A DNA stretch of 64,000 bases, from positions 3,424,001 to 3,488,000 of the forward strand of contig OZ242260.1 of assembly GCA_965207065.1 (NCBI GenBank), read 5' to 3'. Positions 48,355 to 57,620 of this stretch are shown in pieces; position 1 is the first letter of the stretch, and each line of letters opens with the position of its first letter. Source of the stretch: a bacterium (lineage in GTDB: Bacteria > UBA8248). The notes below the pieces were generated by a model that did not search any database, was not told the origin of the DNA, and worked only from the letters and a program-made list of their open reading frames with translations. The position numbers and the translations under genes are program-made.

Positions 48355-49350
48355 GTGAAATACATTCCTGCGCTGCTCGTTATGTCGTTGTTGCTGACCG
48401 CCTGCATAGGAAGCGGCGGCAGCGGCCCGCCTGCCGAAGAGCGTATTCAGCTCGAGAGAAATACCGAGTTCGACGGTGAAAGCTTGCGGTTTTTCGTGAC
48501 GCTGGACGACGGAACCGAGGCTTCAGTCAACACGACAGACAATGTCATCCAGACGGCGCCCGGCGCAACGCCCATTCCCGGCCACCAGGCGCAGGCCTGG
48601 ACGTTCCTCAAGATTACGGATGACGCTACTTCGGTCGCCCACGCACTGGTGAGCTGGGACCCGGACGACCCGGCGGACTACCTCGTAGCCGGCTGGTGGG
48701 CGGAGTTCCCCGACCAGAAACCGCCGCTTTCGCTCAGGGGAGCGGAGCGGTACGCGATTATCGACGGGCCGGCGCTCGACCATAGCGTCGCGCCGCAATT
48801 GCCGGTCGACGGGACGGCCACTTACGCGGGCCCTGCCGGCGGTCTCTACGCATATGAGGCCGGGAGCGACTGGGGAGAGAATGAGGGCGAATTCGTGCTC
48901 GAGGAGTACCAGGGAACTATCACCCTCACCGCGGACTTCCAGGACGGCACCCTGAAAGGCTGCATCGGGTGCGTGGGCGACCTCGTAACGCAGCGCGGGC
49001 ATTTCGGCGTTTTCCTGGGCCAGGAGGTGAGCGACGTGCAGGGAATCGCGAAGGACTACGAACTCCACCTCGCAACGGCGATTATCAGGGAAGACGGCAA
49101 TTTCGTTCGCGACAGAGTGACGTTGAAACACCCGGACCGGAACGTCACGCTAGCGGAGGGGTACTGGGGCGGTTCCCTTTCCAGCCGCCAGGACACGGAC
49201 GGGAACCCCCGGCTCGTGGCGGGCTTCAACAACGTCTATTTCGAGGAGAGCGACGGCAGCGCGGGCTCGCTAGCCGGGTCGTTCGTGGCTCTGAGCGAGA
49301 CCTTCCGGAATGACGGGATATCTCGTTTCCCGCCCTCTGATGACAAATAG
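48355..49350 (+). CDS. Lipoprotein with TbpB-like C-terminal beta-barrel
   Basis: Lipobox LTAC, GSGGSG linker, LPVDGTATYAG, LTADF..G.L.G, terminal GSF. Confidence 0.65.
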   Translation: MKYIPALLVMSLLLTACIGSGGSGPPAEERIQLERNTEFDGESLRFFVTLDDGTEASVNTTDNVIQTAPGATPIPGHQAQAWTFLKITDDATSVAHALVSWDPDDPADYLVAGWWAEFPDQKPPLSLRGAERYAIIDGPALDHSVAPQLPVDGTATYAGPAGGLYAYEAGSDWGENEGEFVLEEYQGTITLTADFQDGTLKGCIGCVGDLVTQRGHFGVFLGQEVSDVQGIAKDYELHLATAIIREDGNFVRDRVTLKHPDRNVTLAEGYWGGSLSSRQDTDGNPRLVAGFNNVYFEESDGSAGSLAGSFVALSETFRNDGISRFPPSDDK

Positions 49351-49371
49351 CTGATTGCAAAACAGGCGTTT

Positions 49372-50103
49372 TCACCAGAGCGCGCGGGTGAGGTCGCTGA
49401 GCGAGCATTTCTGTTTTCCCTGGGCGTCGAAATTATCCGGCGCGAGCCAGCGGGCGTGCGCATCCGCGACGGCGGGCCATTCCTCCTGGGTGAGCGAGAA
49501 CCAGGCGGTATCGCGGCTGCGCCCCTTGACGATCATGTGGTTCAGGAAAATTCCCTCATAGCGGAAACCCAGTCGCAGGGCCGCGCTGCGGGATGCCGCG
49601 TTCAGGGCGTCGCACTTCCATTCCAGGCGGCGGTAGGCAAGAGTTTCCAGGGCGTGGCGCATCTTGAGCGTGAGGACCTCGGTGGCGCGGGCGTCGCGCT
49701 GCCAGTCGCGGCCGAACCAGATGTGGCCGATTTCGGCGACGCCAATGGCGGGCCTGATCTCCATGAAGCTGCCCATGCCGCCTAGGCGGCCCGTCTCATT
49801 GTCGCGGTAGACGACGAACACCGGGTCTTGTGACGCCTGGCGTTCGGCGAGCAGGGCATGCACCTGCTCCTTGTCGGTGAAGGGACCCACGTTCATGTAA
49901 TTGAATATGCGGTCGGTGTCTTCACCCTCGGTCGCAGCCCGGTAGATGTCGGCGGTATCGCGGTCCGCCACGACCGGCTCGAGAGAGGTTCCGGGGCCGG
50001 CGAGAGCCACGCCCTCGAAACCCTCCCAGGGCTTCGAGGCGACTTCCGCATTGCCGACGGGGCGCCTGTTCGCCGCACTCGCAAGCTCTTGTTCCGTCGC
50101 CAT
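49372..50103 (-). CDS. GNAT acetyltransferase (RimJ/RimL-like)
   Basis: EIGHIW, YRRLEWKCDALN..S..AA.RLGF.YEG, GRSRDTAW. Confidence 0.88.
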   Translation of the reverse strand: MATEQELASAANRRPVGNAEVASKPWEGFEGVALAGPGTSLEPVVADRDTADIYRAATEGEDTDRIFNYMNVGPFTDKEQVHALLAERQASQDPVFVVYRDNETGRLGGMGSFMEIRPAIGVAEIGHIWFGRDWQRDARATEVLTLKMRHALETLAYRRLEWKCDALNAASRSAALRLGFRYEGIFLNHMIVKGRSRDTAWFSLTQEEWPAVADAHARWLAPDNFDAQGKQKCSLSDLTRALW

Positions 50104-50227
50104 GTAGAGCCCTCATCATTTCCGAATAATTCGATAAATTTGGATAAATTCACGGGGTAAAAAGAGAAATTAAAACGGCTTGAATATATCTCATATATCA
50201 CATTAACTATGCGCCACAACCGACAGA

Positions 50228-50731
50228 TTAAAAACCCTTGTTCAGCGCTAATCCAAAGAATATCGCGAACAGGGCGAGGACCGCGTTCCCGAGATTCACA
50301 TGCTCGAGCGTCTTGAGCAATCTGATGCGCTCATCCGTCGTATCGCCCAGGGGACGCCCGTTCCCGGCGGGTCCCGTCCCCCGCGTGAGCCTAAGGCCCA
50401 CCGCGAAGAACTGAAAGCTGATCCCCATCATCATGAGGAAAACAGTGAGTAATTTCAGCCCCAGCGGCACGAAGAGTTTCCCGAATGCGGGGCCCATCGC
50501 CATCTTGAGGCCCGTGAGATACCACGCGCCCGTCATGATGAGCACGCCCATGCAAATAAGCACGAAGGGGTGGTAGAAACGCAGGATGGAGATAATCTCG
50601 CCCGCGTATTCCTCAGGTTCAAGCCTGCGCCTCAAGTGTCCCATTAGGAGCCAGAAGAAAACGAGCGCGCCCTCGTACAGACATGCCGCCAGTATATGGA
50701 CGTACAGAAGCCAGAAATAAGTGTTCGACAT
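50228..50731 (-). CDS. Four-TM membrane protein (CopD-like)
   Basis: YVHIL in TM1, TG in TM2, LKL in TM3; AGAAG-type SD. Confidence 0.6.
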   Translation of the reverse strand: MSNTYFWLLYVHILAACLYEGALVFFWLLMGHLRRRLEPEEYAGEIISILRFYHPFVLICMGVLIMTGAWYLTGLKMAMGPAFGKLFVPLGLKLLTVFLMMMGISFQFFAVGLRLTRGTGPAGNGRPLGDTTDERIRLLKTLEHVNLGNAVLALFAIFFGLALNKGF

Positions 50732-50761
50732 TCGTATCTTCTAGGAGAAAATTTCAGTGTG

Positions 50762-50794
50762 AAAAACACCCCCCGGAGCACTCTCCGGAGGGTG
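50762..50794 (-). terminator. Rho-independent terminator
   Basis: CACCCTCCGGAG-loop-CTCCGGGGGGTG followed by TTTTT on the minus strand. Confidence 0.75.
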
Positions 50795-50803
50795 CATGCT
50801 TTA

Positions 50804-51661
50804 TTAGCTGGCCGCGCCTTCTTTTGGGAAGAACTTGTCATACAATTCAGGCCTTTGCCACTGTTTCAGCACACCGGCCTTGGCCGCGTTTTGCCCCGAT
50901 GAGGTCACCTCGTCGTTTTGCTCGCGGAGTTCGCGCATTCGCTCCAGATCCACGTCGACCATGAACATGCCGGCCTTCGTGCTCTCGAAGATGACTTCTT
51001 CGGGCGTCGCCACCATCGCCAGGCCGCGCTGGCTCTTATCAAAAAGGTTCTGCGTGGTGATGACAATCGCCAGGTTTTCTATCGCGCGTGACCAGATGAG
51101 GTTCCGCCAGGTGCCCCACAGCCTCTTTTTGTCCACGCCTGCGGGCAGGAAGATGATCTCCGCCCCACGCAGCGAGAGTGCGCGCGTCACTTCCGGCATA
51201 TAGACTTCGCTGCACATCGCCATGCCGACCTGGCCGTACTGGGTCTCGAAAACGGGGTATTCGTTCCCCGCGACGTACTGGAACTCCCATGTACCTCCGC
51301 CGGTATATATCCAGGGTCCGGGTGGATGGGTCCTGCGGTAACGACCCGAAGGGCCACCTGCAGGCCGGGCGAGGTTCAGCAGGTTGTGGGCCGTTTTCTT
51401 CTCGTTATCCAACGGTTCCAAGGTCCCGTACTGAACGTAAACGCCGCAGCGCTTTGCCACTTCCTCCATCGCCCCGGTCGGGTCAAAAGTCGCCGGCATC
51501 CGCCAGGGACCTGGATATGATTCGGGGAATGCGACGAAATCGGCCTCCTGCGCGGCTGCGTCTTCGACGTATCGAACCGCGTCGGCCACGTTTTTTTCAT
51601 CCTCGGGTGGTGGATATCCCATCGGCTGCACGAGTGCGAGCCTGAAATTATCGGCGCTCAT
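50804..51661 (-). CDS. Carbon-nitrogen hydrolase (nitrilase superfamily)
   Basis: FPES, YRRTH, MCSE, GAEIIFLP, RAIEN. Confidence 0.82.
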   Translation of the reverse strand: MSADNFRLALVQPMGYPPPEDEKNVADAVRYVEDAAAQEADFVAFPESYPGPWRMPATFDPTGAMEEVAKRCGVYVQYGTLEPLDNEKKTAHNLLNLARPAGGPSGRYRRTHPPGPWIYTGGGTWEFQYVAGNEYPVFETQYGQVGMAMCSEVYMPEVTRALSLRGAEIIFLPAGVDKKRLWGTWRNLIWSRAIENLAIVITTQNLFDKSQRGLAMVATPEEVIFESTKAGMFMVDVDLERMRELREQNDEVTSSGQNAAKAGVLKQWQRPELYDKFFPKEGAAS

Positions 51662-51694
51662 CTCAATCCCTCCTCAGTTATAGGATTCCCGATG

Positions 51695-51880
51695 CTATCG
51701 GTCTTCGAAGAGAGTACCACCCGCCGCCCAGGAGTCCGTGCCGACGTCTTGAAATATGACCGTGATGACGTCTTTCGGGGCGCCTGAATGCTTGTGGACC
51801 GTCTCGGTAATCTCATCCGCCATCGCGCTTTTCTGCTCTTTGGATCTTCCTGACAGCAGGCTTACCTGAACAACCGGCAT
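51695..51880 (-). CDS. 4-oxalocrotonate tautomerase family
   Basis: Catalytic N-terminal Pro, GRSKEQK, WAAGG; 61 aa. Confidence 0.9.
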   Translation of the reverse strand: MPVVQVSLLSGRSKEQKSAMADEITETVHKHSGAPKDVITVIFQDVGTDSWAAGGTLFEDR

Positions 51881-51928
51881 CGGAATACCTCCTTGTGTAT
51901 GGGGAGTGAATATATCTGGTATAAATCC

Positions 51929-53563
51929 CTAGATTTGGGGACCGGCCGCCGCGACATCCGGCGTCACCCGATCCGCGAACTGCTCGAAATTCTCCTGGAA
52001 CGCTCCCGCGAGTTCGCGTATTTTATCGTCGTATTTCTCGGCACTCGCCCAAAGATTTCTTGGAATCATGTATTCCTGCGGCACTCCAGTGCAGCTTGTC
52101 GGAACGTGGAGGTCGAATATAGGCACGTCCTGAGTGGTACTCTTGGCGAGTTCGCCCGTCAGCGCGGCCGTCAAAAGAGCGCGCGTATGATGCAGCGGCA
52201 TTCTGTCGACCTCACCGGCGGCCCCACCAATCCATCCCGTGTTGACGAGCCAGACCTGCGCGTCGTGCTTCTTCAGCTTATCCCGGAGCATCTCTCCGTA
52301 TTCGGCGGGGTGTAACGCCAGGAAAGGCGCGCCGAAACAACTACTGAACGTGGCCATCGGCTCATCGACGCCCGCTTCGGTGCCGGCCACTTTCGCCGTA
52401 TAGCCCGAGAGGAAATGATAGACAGCCTGCTCGGGCGTGAGCTTACTGATGGGAGGCAGGACGCCGAATGCGTCGCATGTGAGAAAAAAGATGTTCTTCG
52501 GATGACCACCCATCCCCGATAGCACGCAATTGTCTATGAAATGGTTGGGGTAGGTTGCGCGCGTATTTTCGGTCAGCGACATATCGTCATAATCAATTTC
52601 TCGCGTAAGCGGGTCGACGATGACGTTCTCCAGAACGGAGCCGAAGCGAATCGCATCCCAAATCTGAGGTTCTTTCTCTCTCGTCAAGTTAATGGTTTTT
52701 GCGTAGCAACCGCCTTCGAAATTGAAGATGCCTGAATCAGACCACCCGTGTTCGTCGTCGCCGATGAGCTTCCGATTCGGGTCTGCGGACAATGTGGTCT
52801 TTCCCGTGCCGGATAGACCGAAGAATAGAGCCGTGTCCCCGCCGTGGCCCATATTCGCCGAACAATGCATCGGGAAGACGCCTTTTTGCGGCAGCAGATA
52901 ATTCATGATGAAAAAGGCGGATTTCTTCATCTCGCCGGCGTATTCCGAGCCGCCGATGAGCGCCATGTTTTTCTCGAAATTCACGAGCGTGAAATTATTT
53001 TGGCGGAGTCCCTCGGCCGGGCCTGCACCCAGGAACCTGCCCATATCGATGACTGTAAAGGGGTCTATATGGTTGTTGAGCTCACCGGGTTCGGGGCGCA
53101 CGAGCAGCGTCTGGCAGAACATGGAATGCCACGCGAGTTCGGAGATGACGCGCACGGGGAGTTTGTATCTCGGGTCGTTGCCCACGAAACCGTCGAAGAT
53201 GAAAAGGTCTCGCTTTTTAGCGTAGCCGGCGATTTTCTGAAGAATGCTGTCCCAGTTTTCGGTCGATATCTTCTGGTTGATGGGTCCCCACCATATCTTC
53301 TTGTTGGAAGGGTCCTGGTCCACTGTGAACTTGTCCTTGGGCGAGCGGCCGGAGAATTTTCCAGTATGGACCACGAGTGCGCCGTTGGGTGCGAGGAATC
53401 CTTCGCCTCGCGCGACCGCCATTTCATTGAGTGTGGGAATGGGGAGATTCCTGTACACCTTCCCTACGTTCTTAAGGCCTAATTTATGGAGGCCGAATGT
53501 CTTTTCCGTCCCTATTTTCGCAGGTGAGGAGGAGGCCTTTCCCCCCTCATTGGCTTGTGCCAT
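51929..53563 (-). CDS. pckA: Phosphoenolpyruvate carboxykinase (ATP)
   Basis: GRSPKDK, YAGEMKK, GLSGTGKTT, LIGDDEHGW, EGGCYAK. Confidence 0.97.
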   Translation of the reverse strand: MAQANEGGKASSSPAKIGTEKTFGLHKLGLKNVGKVYRNLPIPTLNEMAVARGEGFLAPNGALVVHTGKFSGRSPKDKFTVDQDPSNKKIWWGPINQKISTENWDSILQKIAGYAKKRDLFIFDGFVGNDPRYKLPVRVISELAWHSMFCQTLLVRPEPGELNNHIDPFTVIDMGRFLGAGPAEGLRQNNFTLVNFEKNMALIGGSEYAGEMKKSAFFIMNYLLPQKGVFPMHCSANMGHGGDTALFFGLSGTGKTTLSADPNRKLIGDDEHGWSDSGIFNFEGGCYAKTINLTREKEPQIWDAIRFGSVLENVIVDPLTREIDYDDMSLTENTRATYPNHFIDNCVLSGMGGHPKNIFFLTCDAFGVLPPISKLTPEQAVYHFLSGYTAKVAGTEAGVDEPMATFSSCFGAPFLALHPAEYGEMLRDKLKKHDAQVWLVNTGWIGGAAGEVDRMPLHHTRALLTAALTGELAKSTTQDVPIFDLHVPTSCTGVPQEYMIPRNLWASAEKYDDKIRELAGAFQENFEQFADRVTPDVAAAGPQI

Positions 53564-53770
53564 GTGCTGCTACCTCCCGGGAATCGATGCTTCCTGAAGC
53601 GCGAGATTCTTCCGTGGCTGAACGTGCGCCTGAATTAATTGCGAATTCCTTAAAATTCGCCCAAAGAAGGCCGCAATATGCCTCGCGTAATGATAGAAGT
53701 CAAAAGCGAACCGAGGTAGTTTTCACCTCATTTGCCGAGCAGATTTATGTGCTTTTTCGATTCCTCCGGC

Positions 53771-54847
53771 TCATCGGATGACTTCACTTTCTTTCCGGTA
53801 AAAGGGGAGACTTTCGACTGTCGCCTTCGCTTCGTCGCCCCGGCAATCGACCCTTACTTCGCTGCCCGGCTCCATCCGGGCGCGGGGCAGATACGAAAAA
53901 GCCAAGACGGCGCCGACCGTGGGGCACCACGCGGAGCGGGTGATGGAGCCGATGCTTTTCTCATCGGAATAGACGGCGGCTCCCGCTTCAGGCGTAATTT
54001 TTCCGTTGACCCTGAGCCCTACGAGGCCCCGGTTAATTTGACCCAGATACTTGATCTTGGCGATGACCTCCTGGCCGATATAACAGCCCTTGTCGAAGTC
54101 GACAGCTTTTTCTTCCAGACCCGCCTGCATGGGGTTGACAGCCGAATTCATGTCTTTGCCGAAGAGCGGCACGCCCGCTTCGAGCGTGAGAGAATCGAAC
54201 GCAGTGATGCCCGCCGGTTTTGCCCCCGCTTCCAGCAACGTCCGCCAGATGGATTCCGCCTCACCGCGAGGACCTATGAGAAGGTAGCCGTCTTCGCCTG
54301 TCCATATTTCGCGCGCTATCGTCACGTTGCCCGAAGTCGTATGACCGTGTTCCTCGGGAGAAGGATCGCCCATGCCCGACTTGGCGATGATCTCTCGCGC
54401 ATCGGGACCGAAAAGGCCTATGCAAAACGAAGTTTCCGTCTCGTTCGCCACTTCCACCTGATCCATAATAATGAAACTGTCGATTTCCTCGGCGAGAGTA
54501 TCCGCCATTCCCGGAGCCACCGAGGCGAGAATGTAAGTATCGCCTTTGTACATATACATATCGGAGATAAACTTTCCCTGGCGCGTGAGGAAGGTGTTGT
54601 ACACGCCCTCTCCGGGTTTCAGTTCTTTTACCCGGTTGGAGAGCATGCGGTGGAGAAACTCTCCGGTGTCCGGACCGCTGAAGCGCAGACAGCCCCTGTG
54701 GGACAGGTCGACGACGATGGCGCTTTCGCGGCACGCAAGGTGCTCGGACGCCGCATCTCCATAAGATGCGGGGGTCCGCCAGGCGGCATCATCAGTCAAC
54801 AGTGCGTTGGCTGCCTGGTGCAAGGCGAGCAGGGGGGTGGCTGACAT
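53771..54847 (-). CDS. Folate-binding aminomethyltransferase-like protein (YgfZ/GcvT)
   Basis: DLSHRG, GPD..EFL, KGCYIGQE motif. Confidence 0.88.
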   Translation of the reverse strand: MSATPLLALHQAANALLTDDAAWRTPASYGDAASEHLACRESAIVVDLSHRGCLRFSGPDTGEFLHRMLSNRVKELKPGEGVYNTFLTRQGKFISDMYMYKGDTYILASVAPGMADTLAEEIDSFIIMDQVEVANETETSFCIGLFGPDAREIIAKSGMGDPSPEEHGHTTSGNVTIAREIWTGEDGYLLIGPRGEAESIWRTLLEAGAKPAGITAFDSLTLEAGVPLFGKDMNSAVNPMQAGLEEKAVDFDKGCYIGQEVIAKIKYLGQINRGLVGLRVNGKITPEAGAAVYSDEKSIGSITRSAWCPTVGAVLAFSYLPRARMEPGSEVRVDCRGDEAKATVESLPFYRKESEVIR

Positions 54848-55005
54848 GGGTCTCCTCTCCGGAACATTATCCGATCGCAAGACGAAAAACGATTGATCGG
54901 GAATTCATCTCAACATTTGTGTATTCTACGCTCTCACCGGGAGTGAAGTGAACTGATTTAACGAATTCTATCTTATTCTATCCATGCCGGGAGGCGAGAC
55001 GAAAC

Positions 55006-55881
55006 ATGGGCGAGAAACTCGGATTCATCGGTCTGGGCAAGATGGGAACACCCTTGACCCGGAACCTGATAGCGGATGGTCACAAGGTGTCAGGGTTCGA
55101 CATCGACACGGCCCGTATGGATCAGTTGACAGAAGCAGGCGGAACCCCGTGCGCGAACGCAAAGGAGGTGGCCGAGCACTCGGATGTGGTTTTCACCATG
55201 CTGCTCAAGCCCGAACACATCGAGATGAACACCATCGGGCCGCAAGGAGTCGCCGCTGCGGGGAAAGAGGGTCTCATCCTGATCGAGATGAGCACGATGA
55301 ATCCGACCTGGTCGGCGGATTTGGCGGGGAAGCTCGAAGCCAGGGGCGTAGAGATGGTCGACGCTCCCGTCTCGGGAACCGTGCCGCACGTGGAGTCGAG
55401 GACGCTGGCTTATATGGTGGGCGGGAAGAAGGAGATTTTCGAACGCATCAAGCCTATCATCGAACCGCTGGCAAAGAGCGTCCTCCATACCGGACCCAAC
55501 GGCACGGGGTGTTCCATGAAGCTGGTGACGAACTTGATCGTGAATGCGGGCGTTGCCCTGCTGACGGAGGGTTTGCTCCTGGGCGAGCGTTCAGGCTTGT
55601 CGCACGACACAATCATGTCCTGCCTTCGCTCAGGAGCGGCGGCGGGTGTTCTTCTGGATTTGAAAGGAGAGAAGATTCTCGCGCGCGATTTCACGCCCCA
55701 TGGCGCCCTGAGCATATACGTGAAAGATCTCGGCCTTTGCGTTGACCTCGCAAGAGAAAAAGGATTTGATGCGTCTATGGCAGCAACTGGACTGGAGATG
55801 TTCCGGCGCGCGCAAGAAGCGGGTTGGGCCGAAGATGATTGCGCGCGCGTAGTGGATGTATATGAGGGGAAGAATTGTTAA
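55006..55881 (+). CDS. 3-hydroxyisobutyrate dehydrogenase family
   Basis: GLGKMG, EMST, DAPVSG, KLVTN, KDL. Confidence 0.88.
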   Translation: MGEKLGFIGLGKMGTPLTRNLIADGHKVSGFDIDTARMDQLTEAGGTPCANAKEVAEHSDVVFTMLLKPEHIEMNTIGPQGVAAAGKEGLILIEMSTMNPTWSADLAGKLEARGVEMVDAPVSGTVPHVESRTLAYMVGGKKEIFERIKPIIEPLAKSVLHTGPNGTGCSMKLVTNLIVNAGVALLTEGLLLGERSGLSHDTIMSCLRSGAAAGVLLDLKGEKILARDFTPHGALSIYVKDLGLCVDLAREKGFDASMAATGLEMFRRAQEAGWAEDDCARVVDVYEGKNC

Positions 55882-55922
55882 GTTTATAGCTGGTTTCATG
55901 GCGACTGCACAGGAGACGGAAA

Positions 55923-57104
55923 ATGGCGAAAGGGGCACCGGCTGAATCGAAGAATTTCAGACTTGTCGGGCACGACCCGGATGCGGCATGGGGCGGTGGC
56001 AGCCTCGTAGAGGTCAAAAACGGATTCGCCTACGTGGGCGCGGTGGGGACGGCGAGCTATGACGGACCCGAGGGCTGGACCGTCCACGACGTATCGGATC
56101 CAAGCAACCCCAGGCGCATCGCCGAGGTGTTCGCGCCTCCCGGTCTGCACAACCATAAGGTGCGTATCGTGGGAGACGACCTGCTCTACGTGAATCACGA
56201 GCGCCTCAAGACCCCGGAAGGAGAGGCGGCGCGGGCGGGCCTGTGTATTTTCGATATCTCAAATCCGGCAGAGCCCAAAGAAGTCGGCTTTTTCGATCTG
56301 CCCGGCACGGGGCCTCACAGGTTTGGCGTAGACAACGAGCGCGGACTCGCATTCTTGCCGAACCATGCCGAAGGGTGGCGAAACCGGGTCATGTGGACAC
56401 TGGACATCACGAACCCCCTGAAGCCCGAGGTACTGAACATCGTCGGTCTCCCGCAACAGGATTTGAGCCTCGATTACGAGTACGAAGAACCCGAAGATTT
56501 CGAGCGTTCGTGGACGTGCCACGGACCGGCCACCATTCGCGGGGACCGGATGTACTGCGGTTTCTGGGGAGCCGGAATGGGAATTTTCGATTGCGCGGAT
56601 TTACGCAACATCAAATGCGTGGGGCACCTTTGCTGGTCGCCGCCCTTCGTCGGCTCCACGCATACCGTGTGGCCGCTCGGCGACAGGCCGTATGTAGTGG
56701 TGACGGACGAGGCGCGCGCGCAGGTGAACTACGAGAGCAGCCAGTTCATGTGGGTGGTGGACATCCGGGACGAGACCAACCCGATTCCCATCTCGACCTA
56801 CATCCCCGACAGGGAAGAGAACATGAACCGGGGAGGGCGATTCGGCGCGCACAATATTCTCGAATATCTTCCTGTGGACGGCCCCTGGAAGGACATCGTC
56901 TTCCTCACGTACTTCAATTCGGGTTTGCGGGCCATCGATCTGTCGGACCCCTTCAAGCCCAGGGAAGTGGGGCACTACGTCCCCGAACTCAACTTCGAGA
57001 AGGACTACGCCCAGTCGAACGACATCGGCATGGACGAGAACGGCCTACTATACCTGATCGACCGCAACGGGGCGGGCATGCACATCCTTGAGTATACCGG
57101 ATAA
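55923..57104 (+). CDS. LVIVD-repeat beta-propeller protein
   Basis: Repeated [VI].D[VI]S[DN]P..P; His motifs STHT, FGAHN. Confidence 0.8.
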   Translation: MAKGAPAESKNFRLVGHDPDAAWGGGSLVEVKNGFAYVGAVGTASYDGPEGWTVHDVSDPSNPRRIAEVFAPPGLHNHKVRIVGDDLLYVNHERLKTPEGEAARAGLCIFDISNPAEPKEVGFFDLPGTGPHRFGVDNERGLAFLPNHAEGWRNRVMWTLDITNPLKPEVLNIVGLPQQDLSLDYEYEEPEDFERSWTCHGPATIRGDRMYCGFWGAGMGIFDCADLRNIKCVGHLCWSPPFVGSTHTVWPLGDRPYVVVTDEARAQVNYESSQFMWVVDIRDETNPIPISTYIPDREENMNRGGRFGAHNILEYLPVDGPWKDIVFLTYFNSGLRAIDLSDPFKPREVGHYVPELNFEKDYAQSNDIGMDENGLLYLIDRNGAGMHILEYTG

Positions 57105-57168
57105 GCGGCGCGGGGAGCGCCTGTGCTCCGCTCCTGTGAGGCGGATTCCCTGAAGCGAGGAGCGTTAT

Positions 57169-57606
57169 ATGAACCCGGGTGAATTTTTCGTGGTCTGCGC
57201 CGCTTCTTTCCTGGCCACCTACGCGCATCTGGTTTTCGCCCTGATCGCGGACAAGATAGGCATGGTGAAGCTCGACTTCGGCAAGGGGATCTCGATGCTC
57301 CTGTTCGGAGAGGCGTACGAGGGGAATCCACCCTATACGCTCGGCTTCATCGCCGTGCACTTGAACGGGATCATCTTCGGCCTGATATACGCGACCTGGG
57401 CGGCGGGGTGTCTCCCCGGGGCGCCCGTGGCGCGGGGATTGATCTGGGGCGGGGCGCTCCTGATCTTCTCGCAATGCGTCTTCAACCCGCTCATCACGGG
57501 GCACGGCTTTTTCAGCCGCAAGATGCACCCGAGAGCCTGGCAGACAGCCGTGATCGCCCACGCCATCTACGGAGGCCTGCTGGGCTGGCTCTCCCCGATA
57601 CTGTGA
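57169..57606 (+). CDS. Hypothetical four-TM membrane protein with conserved-looking His residues
   Basis: GAGGAG SD; VH..NG.IFGLIY and AH.IYG motifs. Confidence 0.65.
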   Translation: MNPGEFFVVCAASFLATYAHLVFALIADKIGMVKLDFGKGISMLLFGEAYEGNPPYTLGFIAVHLNGIIFGLIYATWAAGCLPGAPVARGLIWGGALLIFSQCVFNPLITGHGFFSRKMHPRAWQTAVIAHAIYGGLLGWLSPIL

Positions 57607-57620
57607 GAGCCGGCTGATTC

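Noticed and set aside
49324-49333. attR copy of the tRNA-Gly 3' end (CGTTTCCCGC)
   Set aside because: Only 10 nt, inside a CDS, with no integrase; compatible with chance.
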